Shown: one piece after another, positions 40,481 to 51,135 of the stretch
How the letters are laid out: each line of letters starts with the position of its first letter
Numbering within the stretch: position 1 is the stretch's first letter
NCBI GenBank assembly: GCA_900538555.1
Contig: UPYI01000001.1
Location: 260,273 to 324,272 of the forward strand
DNA from: an uncultured Porphyromonadaceae bacterium
GTDB taxonomy: Bacteria; Bacteroidota; Bacteroidia; Bacteroidales; Barnesiellaceae
Direction: 5' to 3'
DNA length: 64,000 nucleotides
Position numbers and translations under genes: made by a program
Notes under the pieces: model-generated
Told to the model about the DNA's origin: nothing
Seen by the model: the letters and a program-made list of their open reading frames with translations, nothing else
The model's database searches: none

Positions 40481-43165
40481 ATGAATAAGAAACGATTATT
40501 GGCGTATGTGCTGTTCGCCTTCTCGTTCTGCGGTTTGGGGATAACCCTCTCTGCCGAAGAGCTTCCGGCATTTCCCGGAGCAGAAGGACACGGACGCTAT
40601 ACGACAGGAGGTCGAGGCGGAGACGTTTATCACGTAACTAACTTGAACGACCGTGGAACAGGCAGTCTGAGATATGCCTTGTTACAAAAAGGGAAACGTA
40701 CCATCGTATTCGATGTTGCCGGTACGATCCATTTGGAGAGCGAATTAAAGATCAGCAACGGCGATTTGACAATCGCCGGACAAACGGCTCCGGGCGACGG
40801 TATCTGTATCGCCGATTATCCGGTAAAAATTTCAGCCAACAACATCATTATCCGTTACCTGCGCTTCCGCATGGGAAACGGTAGCGGACAAGAAGATGAC
40901 GCGTTGGGCGGATGGGATCGCCAAAACATCATCATCGACCACTGCTCGGTAAGTTGGAGCGTGGATGAATGTATGTCGGTGTACGGCTCGGATAACCTGA
41001 CCGTGCAATGGTGTATCGTTTCGGAAAGCCTGCGGACTGCCGGACACGGAAAAGGCGCACACGGTTACGGCGGAAACTGGGGCGGAGCCAAAGCCTCGTA
41101 CCACCACAATCTGATGGCACACCACGACAGCCGCTGCCCCCGCTTAGGTCCGAAAGCCGGAACGCAAACACGCGAATACATGGACCTGCGCAACAACGTA
41201 TTCTACAATTGGTCGGGTAACGGTTGCTACGGTGGCGAAGGCATGAAAGTAAACATCGTAAACAACTACTACAAACCGGGACCTGCCACCAAGAGCAGCG
41301 CGACTGCCAGCATCGTCCGTTACCGTATCGCACAAATCGGCGTTCGCACGGAATCGTATGTAACCAAATATCCCGATTTCGCCCCGATGAAACATGTGTG
41401 GGGCAAATACTATATCGACGGCAACGTGATGGAAGGCAATTCCACCGTTACCAAAGACAACTGGACAAAAGGGGTTTATGAACAGACACCCAACGACAGT
41501 TCGGTAGACAAACTGTTCACCCAGACGACGAAAGATACGATCCGCCTATCGGCTCCGCTGGAAACGAACATCGTAACCACCCATACAGCCAAACAGGCTT
41601 TGGGTCGGGTGATACTCTATGCCGGCTGTTCAAAACAGCGCGACATCATCGACCAACGCATCGCCGAAGAGACTGAAATGGGTACGGCAACTTATATCGG
41701 CAGCGTATCGTCGGATGCGGCATCGAAACCGGGGTTGATCGACCTCCCCGACGATGTAAAACCTGCCGGTGCAGCCAGTGCATGGCCCGAACTGTCGGAC
41801 GGAGGTGTAGATCCGGCAGACCTGAAAGATTCGGATAACGACGGTATACCCGATGTATGGGAAATCGCCAACGGACTGAACCCGAACCGCGCACTCGACG
41901 GAAAAGAAACTACCCTCAGTGCCGAAGGATATACCAATCTGGAAGTCTATCTGAACAGCTTAGTTGCCGATATTACCGAGCAACAGAATCTGCCGATCGA
42001 CTACGAACCGATACAATCGACCAATCTGGAATCGCTGTTGAGCACAGCCAAAGCCGGTGACGTACTGTCGGTAACCAGTGAAACGATCAATAAAGAGCTG
42101 ACTATCGACAAGAGTGTGACGATACGGGCTTATCCCGGATTGACCAGGACTCCGGTTCTGGATCGGGTCACTTTCAAAATTACAAACGGCGCAAGCCTGT
42201 CGCTGGAAGGTGTCATCTGCTCTTACGACCAACCGGGCGCAACCCCGACCGACTCGAAATACCTCATTACTGCCACTACCGGCGAACAGACCATCGACAA
42301 GATTTCGTTCAAAGACTGCGAGATCTTCGGTTACGGGCGAGGTGCCGTACGTGCCGACAATGTCAGCAACATCGCCACCGTAAAAGAACTGATCGTGGAC
42401 AACTGTATTTTCCACGACATGTGCTACGCCAGTCCGAACTACTCGGTTCTCGGCTTCTCGGCTTCCAAGTTGCAGAAAGCAACCATCGTAAACAGTTCGT
42501 TCTACAACAACGCCGGCGGTGTATTCGTACACAATACGCATAAAGACGGTGCTTTGTCGGCCCTTGATTTCACCATGCGCAACGTCACGATACTCAACTG
42601 CGGTAGAGACAAGGACGAATCGGATACGAGCAATGCGGGTCGCGCATCGAACGACATCATCGCTACCGGAGCATTCGACGGTTCGACTTACCTGATCGAG
42701 AACTGTATCATCGATGCCCTGCCGTCGAAAAAAGTAGTTCTGAACAACACGGCTTCGATCCGGAATAGCATGATCACCAACCCTGTTAGCGGAACACTGA
42801 CAGAAGATACACGTGTAGATTTCTCCATTTCTGAAATCGACTATTCGAAATTCAGCATGAAGACCTCTCTGACCGCTACCCCGAACCCCGTTATCGGCGA
42901 CCCGCGTTGGGAGCTCGGTATTGTCGGAAGTGTGATCGAACCGGCTGCCGAACATACGATTTCGGTCTATGCCAACGGTAATACGGTATATGTGTACGGA
43001 TTGGAAAACGGTGCACGAATCGAGGCTTATTCTTTCGGCGGCATGTTGCAAGCCGTACAGACCGTATCGGGGCACGAAGCGGAATTGTCGTTACCCGCCG
43101 GTTTGTATATCCTGCGTGTCGTATCGGGCAACAATAGCCACGTAACCAAAGTAAAAATCAGATAA
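40481..43165 (+). CDS. Pectate lyase (PL1 family) with extra beta-helix domain and T9SS C-terminal sorting domain
   Basis: An N-terminal signal peptide followed by the PL1 core (AFPGAEGHGRYTTGGRGG...WIDH...). A second beta-helix region. The last ~80 aa form a Por/T9SS CTD ending in KVKIR. Length 894 aa. Confidence 0.75.
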   Translation: MNKKRLLAYVLFAFSFCGLGITLSAEELPAFPGAEGHGRYTTGGRGGDVYHVTNLNDRGTGSLRYALLQKGKRTIVFDVAGTIHLESELKISNGDLTIAGQTAPGDGICIADYPVKISANNIIIRYLRFRMGNGSGQEDDALGGWDRQNIIIDHCSVSWSVDECMSVYGSDNLTVQWCIVSESLRTAGHGKGAHGYGGNWGGAKASYHHNLMAHHDSRCPRLGPKAGTQTREYMDLRNNVFYNWSGNGCYGGEGMKVNIVNNYYKPGPATKSSATASIVRYRIAQIGVRTESYVTKYPDFAPMKHVWGKYYIDGNVMEGNSTVTKDNWTKGVYEQTPNDSSVDKLFTQTTKDTIRLSAPLETNIVTTHTAKQALGRVILYAGCSKQRDIIDQRIAEETEMGTATYIGSVSSDAASKPGLIDLPDDVKPAGAASAWPELSDGGVDPADLKDSDNDGIPDVWEIANGLNPNRALDGKETTLSAEGYTNLEVYLNSLVADITEQQNLPIDYEPIQSTNLESLLSTAKAGDVLSVTSETINKELTIDKSVTIRAYPGLTRTPVLDRVTFKITNGASLSLEGVICSYDQPGATPTDSKYLITATTGEQTIDKISFKDCEIFGYGRGAVRADNVSNIATVKELIVDNCIFHDMCYASPNYSVLGFSASKLQKATIVNSSFYNNAGGVFVHNTHKDGALSALDFTMRNVTILNCGRDKDESDTSNAGRASNDIIATGAFDGSTYLIENCIIDALPSKKVVLNNTASIRNSMITNPVSGTLTEDTRVDFSISEIDYSKFSMKTSLTATPNPVIGDPRWELGIVGSVIEPAAEHTISVYANGNTVYVYGLENGARIEAYSFGGMLQAVQTVSGHEAELSLPAGLYILRVVSGNNSHVTKVKIR

Positions 43166-43179
43166 ACAACCTAATATAA

Positions 43180-43222
43180 AGGGAACGCCTCACTTATCGG
43201 ATATGAGGTGTTCCCTCTTTTC
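43180..43222 (+). terminator. Rho-independent terminator after the pectate lyase gene
   Basis: The stem AGGGAACGCCTCA at 43180-43192 pairs with TGAGGTGTTCCCT at 43204-43216, followed by a CTTTTC tail. Confidence 0.6.
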
Positions 43223-43271
43223 AACTGTCGAATTTGTAATAATTTATCCAAAATCACTAATCATTTTTATC

Positions 43272-46200
43272 ATGAACAAACAAAAACTTTTCAAAGGGGC
43301 TTTGTCCCTGCTGCTTTGCGCCGCGCCTTTCGGGAAGTCCTTTGCCACAACGGTAAACGATTCGCAAGGGCTTGTCGATGCCGTACAAGCAGCAACCGAC
43401 GGCGAGACTATCCTGTTGGAAACCGCCAATTACACAACCAAATTCAATGTGCCCGGCAACAAAGTAGTGACACTGAAAGCTGCCGAAGGCGCTACTCCTG
43501 TATTGAAATTCACCGCTGAAATCAATTCGGACGGAGAAAACGGAGGTCTGGTATTCGATGGACTGAATATCGAAAACAGCGTAAACTACATCTTCTCGCT
43601 CGGTAACCACAACATCCGGGAGATTACATTCAGAAACTGCCATATCAAAGCCATGAAACGCGGTCTGTATTCGATCGGCAGCAAAAAGATACTTTCGAAA
43701 TTCACCATCGACAACTGTATCATCGATGCAGTGACAGCAACCAGTTACAGCTTTATCTACAACAACGGCGGTACTACCCAAGAGGTAGTGATGACCAACT
43801 CCACTTTCTACAACTATCCGAACGAGCATTTGTATTGGGCCCGCAGTTACGGACAGTCGTTGGATTTCTCGTTCACCTTTACGAACAACACCGTTTATAA
43901 ATGGTCGAAAGGAAACTACCGTCTTTGCCGGATCGAAGAAAACGGCTTTAACGGAACATACGTATTCACCGACAATATTATCGCTGAGCCGTACGTAGCC
44001 GGTGCTTCGGTACGAGTGGCGGAAGTTGCCGGAACCGGAACACTGACTGCCCGGAACAACTTGGTAATCAACTTCGGTGGAGACAACAAATATACCGGAA
44101 ACAGCCTGACGATGGACGTTCAGGATCTGGATGCCTCGCAATACGAACTTTCGTTCCCGCAAGCGGACGAAGGCATCTTCTCGATCTACTCGAACAGCCC
44201 GCTAGCAACCGCATCGACTACGGGTGGTCTGATAGGCGACCCCCGCTGGTTAGTACAGGCTTCCACATTCTGGCAGCTGACCACGGGATGTCTGCTCGGC
44301 AACGAAGCAACGACAGAAGCCGGTAGCGTGAACATCGCATCGACAGAAGTCGCCGACGGATCGGAACTGACTATCGTCGCAACCGAGAACTTCGGGTTCC
44401 ATTTTGTAAAATGGGTAGATGAAACCGGAGCCGAACTCTCCACTGAAAAGAGCTATACATTCACCGTCAGTGCAGATATGACCGTAAAAGCCGTATTCGA
44501 AGCCGTTGAGGTGTACACCTTGAACGTAAATATCGAAGGCGCACAAGGTTACGGAAATGTAACCATTTCGCCTGCCGGTAAAGACGGTAAATACGAACAA
44601 TATGAAGCCGGTACGGTAGTTACCCTGACCGCTTCGTCCAACAAAGCGATTGCATTCAGCCACTGGGACGAAGGTATCACATCCACAGAATATAACGTGA
44701 CCATGGATCAAAACCGGACTGTAACAGCTACGTTCGCCGAAAACGAATACATCGCTGGCTGGGACTTCTCCAACCGCAGCAAAACCGGACCGTATGCCGC
44801 CGACTATCTCTCCAATCGAGAAAGCGCTGCAACCCTGCACGTTTACAAAGCAGACGGATCGGATTCCCGCGGTAAAATCGGCGACCGTTACGACAAGACC
44901 GGAGTACAAGTCAATATTTCAGTGGCTGATGCCCCCAACCGCGACAGCTATTTCCAAGCCGAATTCTCGACGGTAGGTTACAACAACGTACGCGTATCGT
45001 CTTATCTCCTCGCCTACTATTTCAGCTGGCTGACCCAGAAAGTACAATATGCGGTAGGTGACGGCGAGTTCCAAGACATCCAGTCGTTCGACATCAACGA
45101 CCGTAGCTGGACAGCCTGCGACGTAACCCTCCCTGCCGAAGCCAATGGAAAAGAGGTGGTAAAAGTACGTTGGTATCCCGATATGAACGGAGCGAACACC
45201 AACAATACGACCGCCGGAAACGAACTGATGATCGCCGAAGTATTCATCCTCGCCGATAAAGAAATCATTTCGGACAACGAAGCTCCGGTTTTGGTTTCGT
45301 CCGTACCGGCAAACAACGCTACCGGAGCATCGGCTACCGGTCAAATCGTCCTGACGTTCGACGAGAAAGTACAGGCAGGTACAGCCAAAGCTACGCTGAA
45401 CGGAGAAGAAGTGACGCCGAACATCACTAACCGTACGGTTACCTACGCTTATGCCGGATTGCAATACAGTACAGAATATGAATTCATTCTGCAACCGGGA
45501 GCCATCGTCGATATGAGCGACAACGCCTTCGAAGGCACTACGATCCGGTTCACAACGATGGATCGTCCGGTTCCGGCTTTGAAAGCATTCGATTTCATTG
45601 TCGATCCCGAAGCAACTCCGGTAGCCGGCAAAGTAGGCAATACAATCGAATCGGCATTCGCCGCAGCTCCGAGCAACAGCTCTACCCGCTTCTTCATCTA
45701 TGTGAAAAACGGAGAATATGAAGAGATCGTCACTTTGCCCAAAGACAAGAACAAAGTATCATTGATCGGACAAAGCCGCGACGGCGTTATCATCAAAGGT
45801 TTGCAAAACGGTATCAAATCGCCGATCGTAAACATTGCTGGTGCTGACTTCTACGCTGAAAACCTGACCATTCAAAATACACAAGGTATGAACGACGGCG
45901 TAGGCGTAGCCATTACGACCGAAGGTGAAAGAGGGGTGTACAAGAATGTCAGAATGCTTGCATTCCAAGATACGCAAGTAACCGGCGGAAGCCAATATCT
46001 CGAAAATTGCGAGATCCACGGTACTGTCGATTTCATTTGCGGTGGCGGTGACTGCTTCTACGAAAGCTGTCTGCTTTATCTTGAAAACAGAAGCGGCAAT
46101 GTTATCGTAGCCGGTTCTCAATCGCAATCCGAACTGTACGGATATGTATTCAACAACTGTACGATCGACGGAACGGAAAACAACGACGGACAGTACAGTC

Positions 46201-46973
46201 TCGGTCGCCCGTGGCAAAACTATCCGCGTGCCGTATTCCTGAACACAGTCATGAAAGTAGAGCCGCAAACCAAAGGCTGGACCAACATGGGTGCTTTGGC
46301 TCCGGCTCTGTACGCCGAATACAACAGCGTGAGAGAAGACGGATTGATCATTAACCTGTCGAACCGTACCAATGTATTCACCCGTGGAGATGAAACTTTC
46401 GTCGGCGACTACAATCCCGTACTGACAGCCGAAGAAGCGCAAAATTATACTTTGAACAAAGTATTCGGCGAATGGCAACCTGCTTTGGCTACCGAAGCCG
46501 TAGCAGCTCCCGCTGCCGCACAAACGCAAGAATACACGCTGGCATGGGAAGCCGTTCCTTATGCAACGGGCTATGTAATCGTTCGTGACGGAAAAATGAT
46601 CGCATCGACTACCGATACGCATTTCAACGATGCAGATGCATTGGAAAACGGTACATACACCTATACGGTTTACGCCGTTAATGAATTCGGCGGATTGAGC
46701 GAAGCCTCCGAACCGGTAGTTATCTCGATCGGATCGTCGGTAGAACTGAACGACATGGATCTGATCCGTGTATTCGCCCAGAACGGAACGGTATATGTGA
46801 AGAACCTGCCGGCAGGCAGCCATGTAGTTGCCTCGTACTCGTTCGGCGGCGCATTGGTAAATGAAGTTGCAACAACGGCATCGGAAGTATCGTTCGATAT
46901 GCCCGCCGGTAACTACATCATCAAAGTCGTAGCCGGCGAAGGCGTTGCCGTCCGCAAGGTACAGATACGATAA
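43272..46973 (+). CDS. Multidomain pectin methylesterase (CE8) with T9SS C-terminal domain
   Basis: The CE8 catalytic region carries the signature residues QDT, GTVDFICGGG and LGRPW. Upstream are a beta-helix domain and InlB-B-repeat-like modules (FGFHFVKWVDETGAELS). A T9SS CTD ending in KVQIR sits at the C-terminus. The start is moved from 43203 to the signal-peptide ATG at 43272. Confidence 0.8.
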   Translation: MNKQKLFKGALSLLLCAAPFGKSFATTVNDSQGLVDAVQAATDGETILLETANYTTKFNVPGNKVVTLKAAEGATPVLKFTAEINSDGENGGLVFDGLNIENSVNYIFSLGNHNIREITFRNCHIKAMKRGLYSIGSKKILSKFTIDNCIIDAVTATSYSFIYNNGGTTQEVVMTNSTFYNYPNEHLYWARSYGQSLDFSFTFTNNTVYKWSKGNYRLCRIEENGFNGTYVFTDNIIAEPYVAGASVRVAEVAGTGTLTARNNLVINFGGDNKYTGNSLTMDVQDLDASQYELSFPQADEGIFSIYSNSPLATASTTGGLIGDPRWLVQASTFWQLTTGCLLGNEATTEAGSVNIASTEVADGSELTIVATENFGFHFVKWVDETGAELSTEKSYTFTVSADMTVKAVFEAVEVYTLNVNIEGAQGYGNVTISPAGKDGKYEQYEAGTVVTLTASSNKAIAFSHWDEGITSTEYNVTMDQNRTVTATFAENEYIAGWDFSNRSKTGPYAADYLSNRESAATLHVYKADGSDSRGKIGDRYDKTGVQVNISVADAPNRDSYFQAEFSTVGYNNVRVSSYLLAYYFSWLTQKVQYAVGDGEFQDIQSFDINDRSWTACDVTLPAEANGKEVVKVRWYPDMNGANTNNTTAGNELMIAEVFILADKEIISDNEAPVLVSSVPANNATGASATGQIVLTFDEKVQAGTAKATLNGEEVTPNITNRTVTYAYAGLQYSTEYEFILQPGAIVDMSDNAFEGTTIRFTTMDRPVPALKAFDFIVDPEATPVAGKVGNTIESAFAAAPSNSSTRFFIYVKNGEYEEIVTLPKDKNKVSLIGQSRDGVIIKGLQNGIKSPIVNIAGADFYAENLTIQNTQGMNDGVGVAITTEGERGVYKNVRMLAFQDTQVTGGSQYLENCEIHGTVDFICGGGDCFYESCLLYLENRSGNVIVAGSQSQSELYGYVFNNCTIDGTENNDGQYSLGRPWQNYPRAVFLNTVMKVEPQTKGWTNMGALAPALYAEYNSVREDGLIINLSNRTNVFTRGDETFVGDYNPVLTAEEAQNYTLNKVFGEWQPALATEAVAAPAAAQTQEYTLAWEAVPYATGYVIVRDGKMIASTTDTHFNDADALENGTYTYTVYAVNEFGGLSEASEPVVISIGSSVELNDMDLIRVFAQNGTVYVKNLPAGSHVVASYSFGGALVNEVATTASEVSFDMPAGNYIIKVVAGEGVAVRKVQIR

Positions 46974-46993
46974 ACAATAACCTCATAATCGTG

Positions 46994-47030
46994 GAAAGGG
47001 ACTGTCCGAATGCCGGCAGTCCCTTTCTCG
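46994..47030 (+). terminator. Rho-independent terminator after the first pectin methylesterase gene
   Basis: GAAAGGGACTG pairs with CAGTCCCTTTC across a 12-nt loop, followed by TCGTTTG. Confidence 0.6.
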
Positions 47031-47438
47031 TTTGACTAACCGGAATAAAAGCGGCATGCGGCATCGGGACAAACCAACCAGTCGCACATAAGTACTACAT
47101 CATTATCCGTTCGGTCCGCAAGTATCAAAAATTACACGTATTACTGCGCCTCTGCTCTTTTAAAGCGAATTATTACAGCAATGTAAACATAAATTACACA
47201 TCGTATTTTGACCGTTATTTTTATCTTTGTAGAGATGTAAATTGTGTTTCAACTCTCTGTTTCCGACTTCGGGAATAACAGGATTATACCGAGACACAGC
47301 GTTTATTGGAAATGAAACGTTTAAAATAAAAAAGAGGAATGTTCCGGATCGCCATGTCCGACAAACCATACCATGAATGTTCGTATCACGATTATATCAA
47401 AATAAATTATAGTATCACTTTTTAAATTCAACACTATC

Positions 47439-50400
47439 ATGAAGAATAACAAAAATTTATTCCGGATGTGTGCGGCTTTGCTATTAGGGGCATCCCCCCT
47501 GTTTGCGACAGCGCAAACATTCAACAATGAAGCGGTTACAGCCACATGGCCTCTTTCGACCGGTGTCATCGAAACCGCAACAGTTTCTTTGGATGGCGCA
47601 TTCACCAACACCATGTTCGAAATGGGTAAAGATGTTACCGACAAAGGTCTCAAAGCCTATGGCGGCGTAACATTCAACTGTTTCCAACCGGCATCCAAAC
47701 AGAGCGGAGCCACTGCCGGTCATGAAATTTCGTTCACGCTGACACCGTCGAAAGGTCTGACCTTCACCCCGGGCAACGTAACTTTCAAAGCTATGAAAAA
47801 CGGAACAGGCGGCGGTATCATCGACGTTGTCTTTCGTTCTGCCGACGGATCGGAAAGAGAACTCCAAACCGGAATCGAACCGAACCGGAACAACAATAAC
47901 AACCCGGTAAGCGAATTTACCGTACCGGTAACGGACGCTACCGCATTGAGCGAAACCTCCACGATCGTATTCTACATCTACAATCTGGATAACAAAAACA
48001 TCGGTATCAGCGACGTAACTATCGACGGTACGATCAACGGTACGGCGGCTTCGGTCACCAAATACACCTTGACAACCGGTGCGATGCCGGGTGAAGAAGC
48101 CGGAAACGTAACAGTGAAACCTGCCGGTACATCCTTCGACGAAGGTACATCCATCACCGTTACTGCCGAACAGAATTTCGGATTCCGTTTCGTAAAATGG
48201 GTAGATGAAAACAATACAGAGGTATCGACCGCCAATCCCTACACATTCGACATCGCCAAGAACACGACGTTGAATGCCGTATTCGAAGCAGTTACAACTT
48301 ACGCATTCAGCACCCGTTGTATCAACGACTTCGAAATGCCTTTCGGCTCGATCACCTTATCGCCGGAACCGACGAACGGTCGTTACGAAGCCGGAACCGA
48401 AGTAACTGTCACAGCCAACGAAACGCCGGTAGCCCGATTCTGTAACTGGGCTGACGATTTCGAAAACTCGAATCTGACTGTTCCTACCCGTACGGTTACC
48501 GTTACGTCCGATATGGAGATCGTAGCCAACTATACGATCGAGGACTTCATCGTCGTATTCAATGCCGATAAAGAAGAGGCATACGCCAACCGCGGTTCTT
48601 ATCCGTTTGCCGCAGCCTACACTTGGGACAACGAACGCAATGCCAATGCCTGTGTCGTAAAAGTAAGCGACAATACGGTATTGAAAGGCAACGGAAGCTG
48701 TCCGGTAATCCGTCTGCGTAAAAACGCAGTGACCAGCACGGTCAGCGGATTGTTCATCAACGGCTACCGCAGTACCGATATCGCATTTCAGACTCAATTC
48801 TCGACCGTAGGATTTACATCCGCCCGTTTCACCGGTACGTTGATCGCCAAGAATGCCGCTACCTGCGAATGGCAAGTTCTTTACTCGCTGAACGGAACGG
48901 ATTTCAATCCGGTGCTGTTCAATGAAGCTCCGTTGATCATCGAAACCGCAACCAGCGGCGTAAGCGTCGATTTCGACCTGCCGGAAGAAGCGATCGGACA
49001 ACCGACCGTATTCATCCGCTTTACCGGCTACGGCGATGCGATTTTCTCGGAAGAGGGAAAATATCCGTTCAACCAGCTCGACGAAGAGAGCGGTCTGAAC
49101 TACTGTACCAACAGTGAAGCCGGTCTGGGTAATGTATTCGTGTTCGGTTCTCCGATCATCGAAGATGACAACATCGCTCCCGAAGTAAAAAATATCGCTC
49201 CCGCCAACCAAGCGACCGGAGTATCATCGAGCGGTAAAATCATGATCACGTTCAACGAACGTATCTCCGCCGGATCGGGCGAAGCCGTACTGTCTGCTGC
49301 CAATGGCGACAGAATCGTATTGGAACCGACCTACGGAAGTTCGTCCGTTTCGTTCCGCTACAACAATCTGGCTTACGCCACTACCTATACGCTGAACATC
49401 CCCTCGGGCTATGTAACCGACCGTTCGGGCAACAATGCTCCGGCTATCGAATCGACGTTCACCGTCATGGAACGCAACAAACCGGCTGCCCGCGTATTCA
49501 ATGCCATCGTAGACGGCAGTCTGGAAGCCTCTATCGCTCCGAGTGCCGACGCTATCGGTCAATACAAAACCATACAGGAAGCTATCAACGCCGTTCCGAG
49601 CGACAATGCCGCTCCGTGGCTGATCTTCGTAAAAGAAGGATATTACAATGATCTGAATCATCTGTCGTTCCCGACCGGTAAATACTCCAATGGTACAGAC
49701 GGCTCGACCGATGCCAGCGAGGATAGCCGTATCGTATTGGTAAACAAGCCGTTCGTTCACCTGATCGGACAGGATGTAAACAAAGTGACCATCGCCCAAG
49801 ACCGTGTCAGCGGAGGTGCAGCGACCTACCCCGATATGCCGTGGTACAATGTTGCCGAAGGTGCTACTCTGGTTGTTACCGCCAACGATTTCTATTGCGA
49901 AAATATCACGATCGACAACGAATGGTGGACGAAGAAAAAAGAAGAAGGCCCGCAGGCTCTGGCTCTGTATGTGGAAGCCGACCGCGCCGTATTCAACAAC
50001 TGCCGCATCCGTTCGTACCAAGATACTTATCTGAGTTCGAAAACCGGTAACCAGAACAGCGGTAACCAACAACCGCACTTCTACGACCGTCAGTTCATGA
50101 ACAACTGCTTTATCGAAGGTGCAGTAGACTTTATCTATGGCGGCGGTGACGTTTATTTCGACAACTGTACGCTGAACATCGTTCGCGAAAGCGGAGGTTA
50201 TATCGTCGCTCCCTGCCACTATGCCGATCTGAAAGACCAAGGCGGTAATGTAACGGAAGTCCGTACACGCTACGGCTATGTATTCAAAAACACAACGATT
50301 ACCGCACCCGCCGGAAAAGAGGCAACTACGCAAGTTTACTTCGGTCGTCCCTGGCAAAATGCACCGAAAACCGTATTTATCGACACGGAATGCCGTATAA

Positions 50401-51116
50401 AGACTTACGACGGTTTGTGGTACTACCGAATGGGAGCTATCCCCGCCATCTTCGCCGTTTACAACATGTACGACGCCAACGGTTATCCGATGAATACGAC
50501 ATCTATCGAAGACTACGAATATACGGACAACGGTACGGTTGTAAAAGGCAAAGCTAAAAACAGCCTGACCGACGAAGAGGCTGCCGCATATACGATGACT
50601 GCCGTATTTGAAGGAGACAAGAGCGACGCTGTTACCGGTTACTGGAATCCGGCTCCGATGGTGGAAAAAACATCTGTTCCGGCAATCAGCAGTACGAAAG
50701 GCAGCACGACATTCTCGTGGGAAGCCGATCCGTATGCTATCTGCTACGTAGTGACCGTAAACGGCAAAGTAGCCGGATTTACGACCGAAACTTCGTACAC
50801 GGCTAATCTGAACGACATCGTCAGCGTACAATCGGTTAATGAATTCGGTGCCCTGAGCGAACCTTCCGCAAACTTTACCGTAGGCGGCGGATCGAGCAGC
50901 GTCAGCGAAGTTGCCGATGCCCATATCACGATCGACGGTAACCGCGGCTATATCTCTGTACGCGGTATCGAAGAGGCAACCGTTGTCGAAGTGTACAACC
51001 TTGCCGGTGCATTGGTAGAATCGATGAAAGTAAGCCGTAACATCTCCATTGCCATGCCTGCCGGAAACTACCTCGTGAAAGCCGGTGCCGCCAGTGCCAA
51101 AGTAGTGGTAAGATAA
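47439..51116 (+). CDS. Multidomain pectin methylesterase (CE8) with T9SS C-terminal domain, paralog of the upstream gene
   Basis: A signal peptide, then InlB-B-repeat-like modules (FGFRFVKWVDENNTEVS). The CE8 signature residues QDT, GAVDFIYGGG and FGRPW are present. A T9SS CTD ending in KVVVR sits at the C-terminus. Length 1225 aa. Confidence 0.8.
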   Translation: MKNNKNLFRMCAALLLGASPLFATAQTFNNEAVTATWPLSTGVIETATVSLDGAFTNTMFEMGKDVTDKGLKAYGGVTFNCFQPASKQSGATAGHEISFTLTPSKGLTFTPGNVTFKAMKNGTGGGIIDVVFRSADGSERELQTGIEPNRNNNNNPVSEFTVPVTDATALSETSTIVFYIYNLDNKNIGISDVTIDGTINGTAASVTKYTLTTGAMPGEEAGNVTVKPAGTSFDEGTSITVTAEQNFGFRFVKWVDENNTEVSTANPYTFDIAKNTTLNAVFEAVTTYAFSTRCINDFEMPFGSITLSPEPTNGRYEAGTEVTVTANETPVARFCNWADDFENSNLTVPTRTVTVTSDMEIVANYTIEDFIVVFNADKEEAYANRGSYPFAAAYTWDNERNANACVVKVSDNTVLKGNGSCPVIRLRKNAVTSTVSGLFINGYRSTDIAFQTQFSTVGFTSARFTGTLIAKNAATCEWQVLYSLNGTDFNPVLFNEAPLIIETATSGVSVDFDLPEEAIGQPTVFIRFTGYGDAIFSEEGKYPFNQLDEESGLNYCTNSEAGLGNVFVFGSPIIEDDNIAPEVKNIAPANQATGVSSSGKIMITFNERISAGSGEAVLSAANGDRIVLEPTYGSSSVSFRYNNLAYATTYTLNIPSGYVTDRSGNNAPAIESTFTVMERNKPAARVFNAIVDGSLEASIAPSADAIGQYKTIQEAINAVPSDNAAPWLIFVKEGYYNDLNHLSFPTGKYSNGTDGSTDASEDSRIVLVNKPFVHLIGQDVNKVTIAQDRVSGGAATYPDMPWYNVAEGATLVVTANDFYCENITIDNEWWTKKKEEGPQALALYVEADRAVFNNCRIRSYQDTYLSSKTGNQNSGNQQPHFYDRQFMNNCFIEGAVDFIYGGGDVYFDNCTLNIVRESGGYIVAPCHYADLKDQGGNVTEVRTRYGYVFKNTTITAPAGKEATTQVYFGRPWQNAPKTVFIDTECRIKTYDGLWYYRMGAIPAIFAVYNMYDANGYPMNTTSIEDYEYTDNGTVVKGKAKNSLTDEEAAAYTMTAVFEGDKSDAVTGYWNPAPMVEKTSVPAISSTKGSTTFSWEADPYAICYVVTVNGKVAGFTTETSYTANLNDIVSVQSVNEFGALSEPSANFTVGGGSSSVSEVADAHITIDGNRGYISVRGIEEATVVEVYNLAGALVESMKVSRNISIAMPAGNYLVKAGAASAKVVVR

Positions 51117-51135
51117 AAATAGCATTTCATACAAA

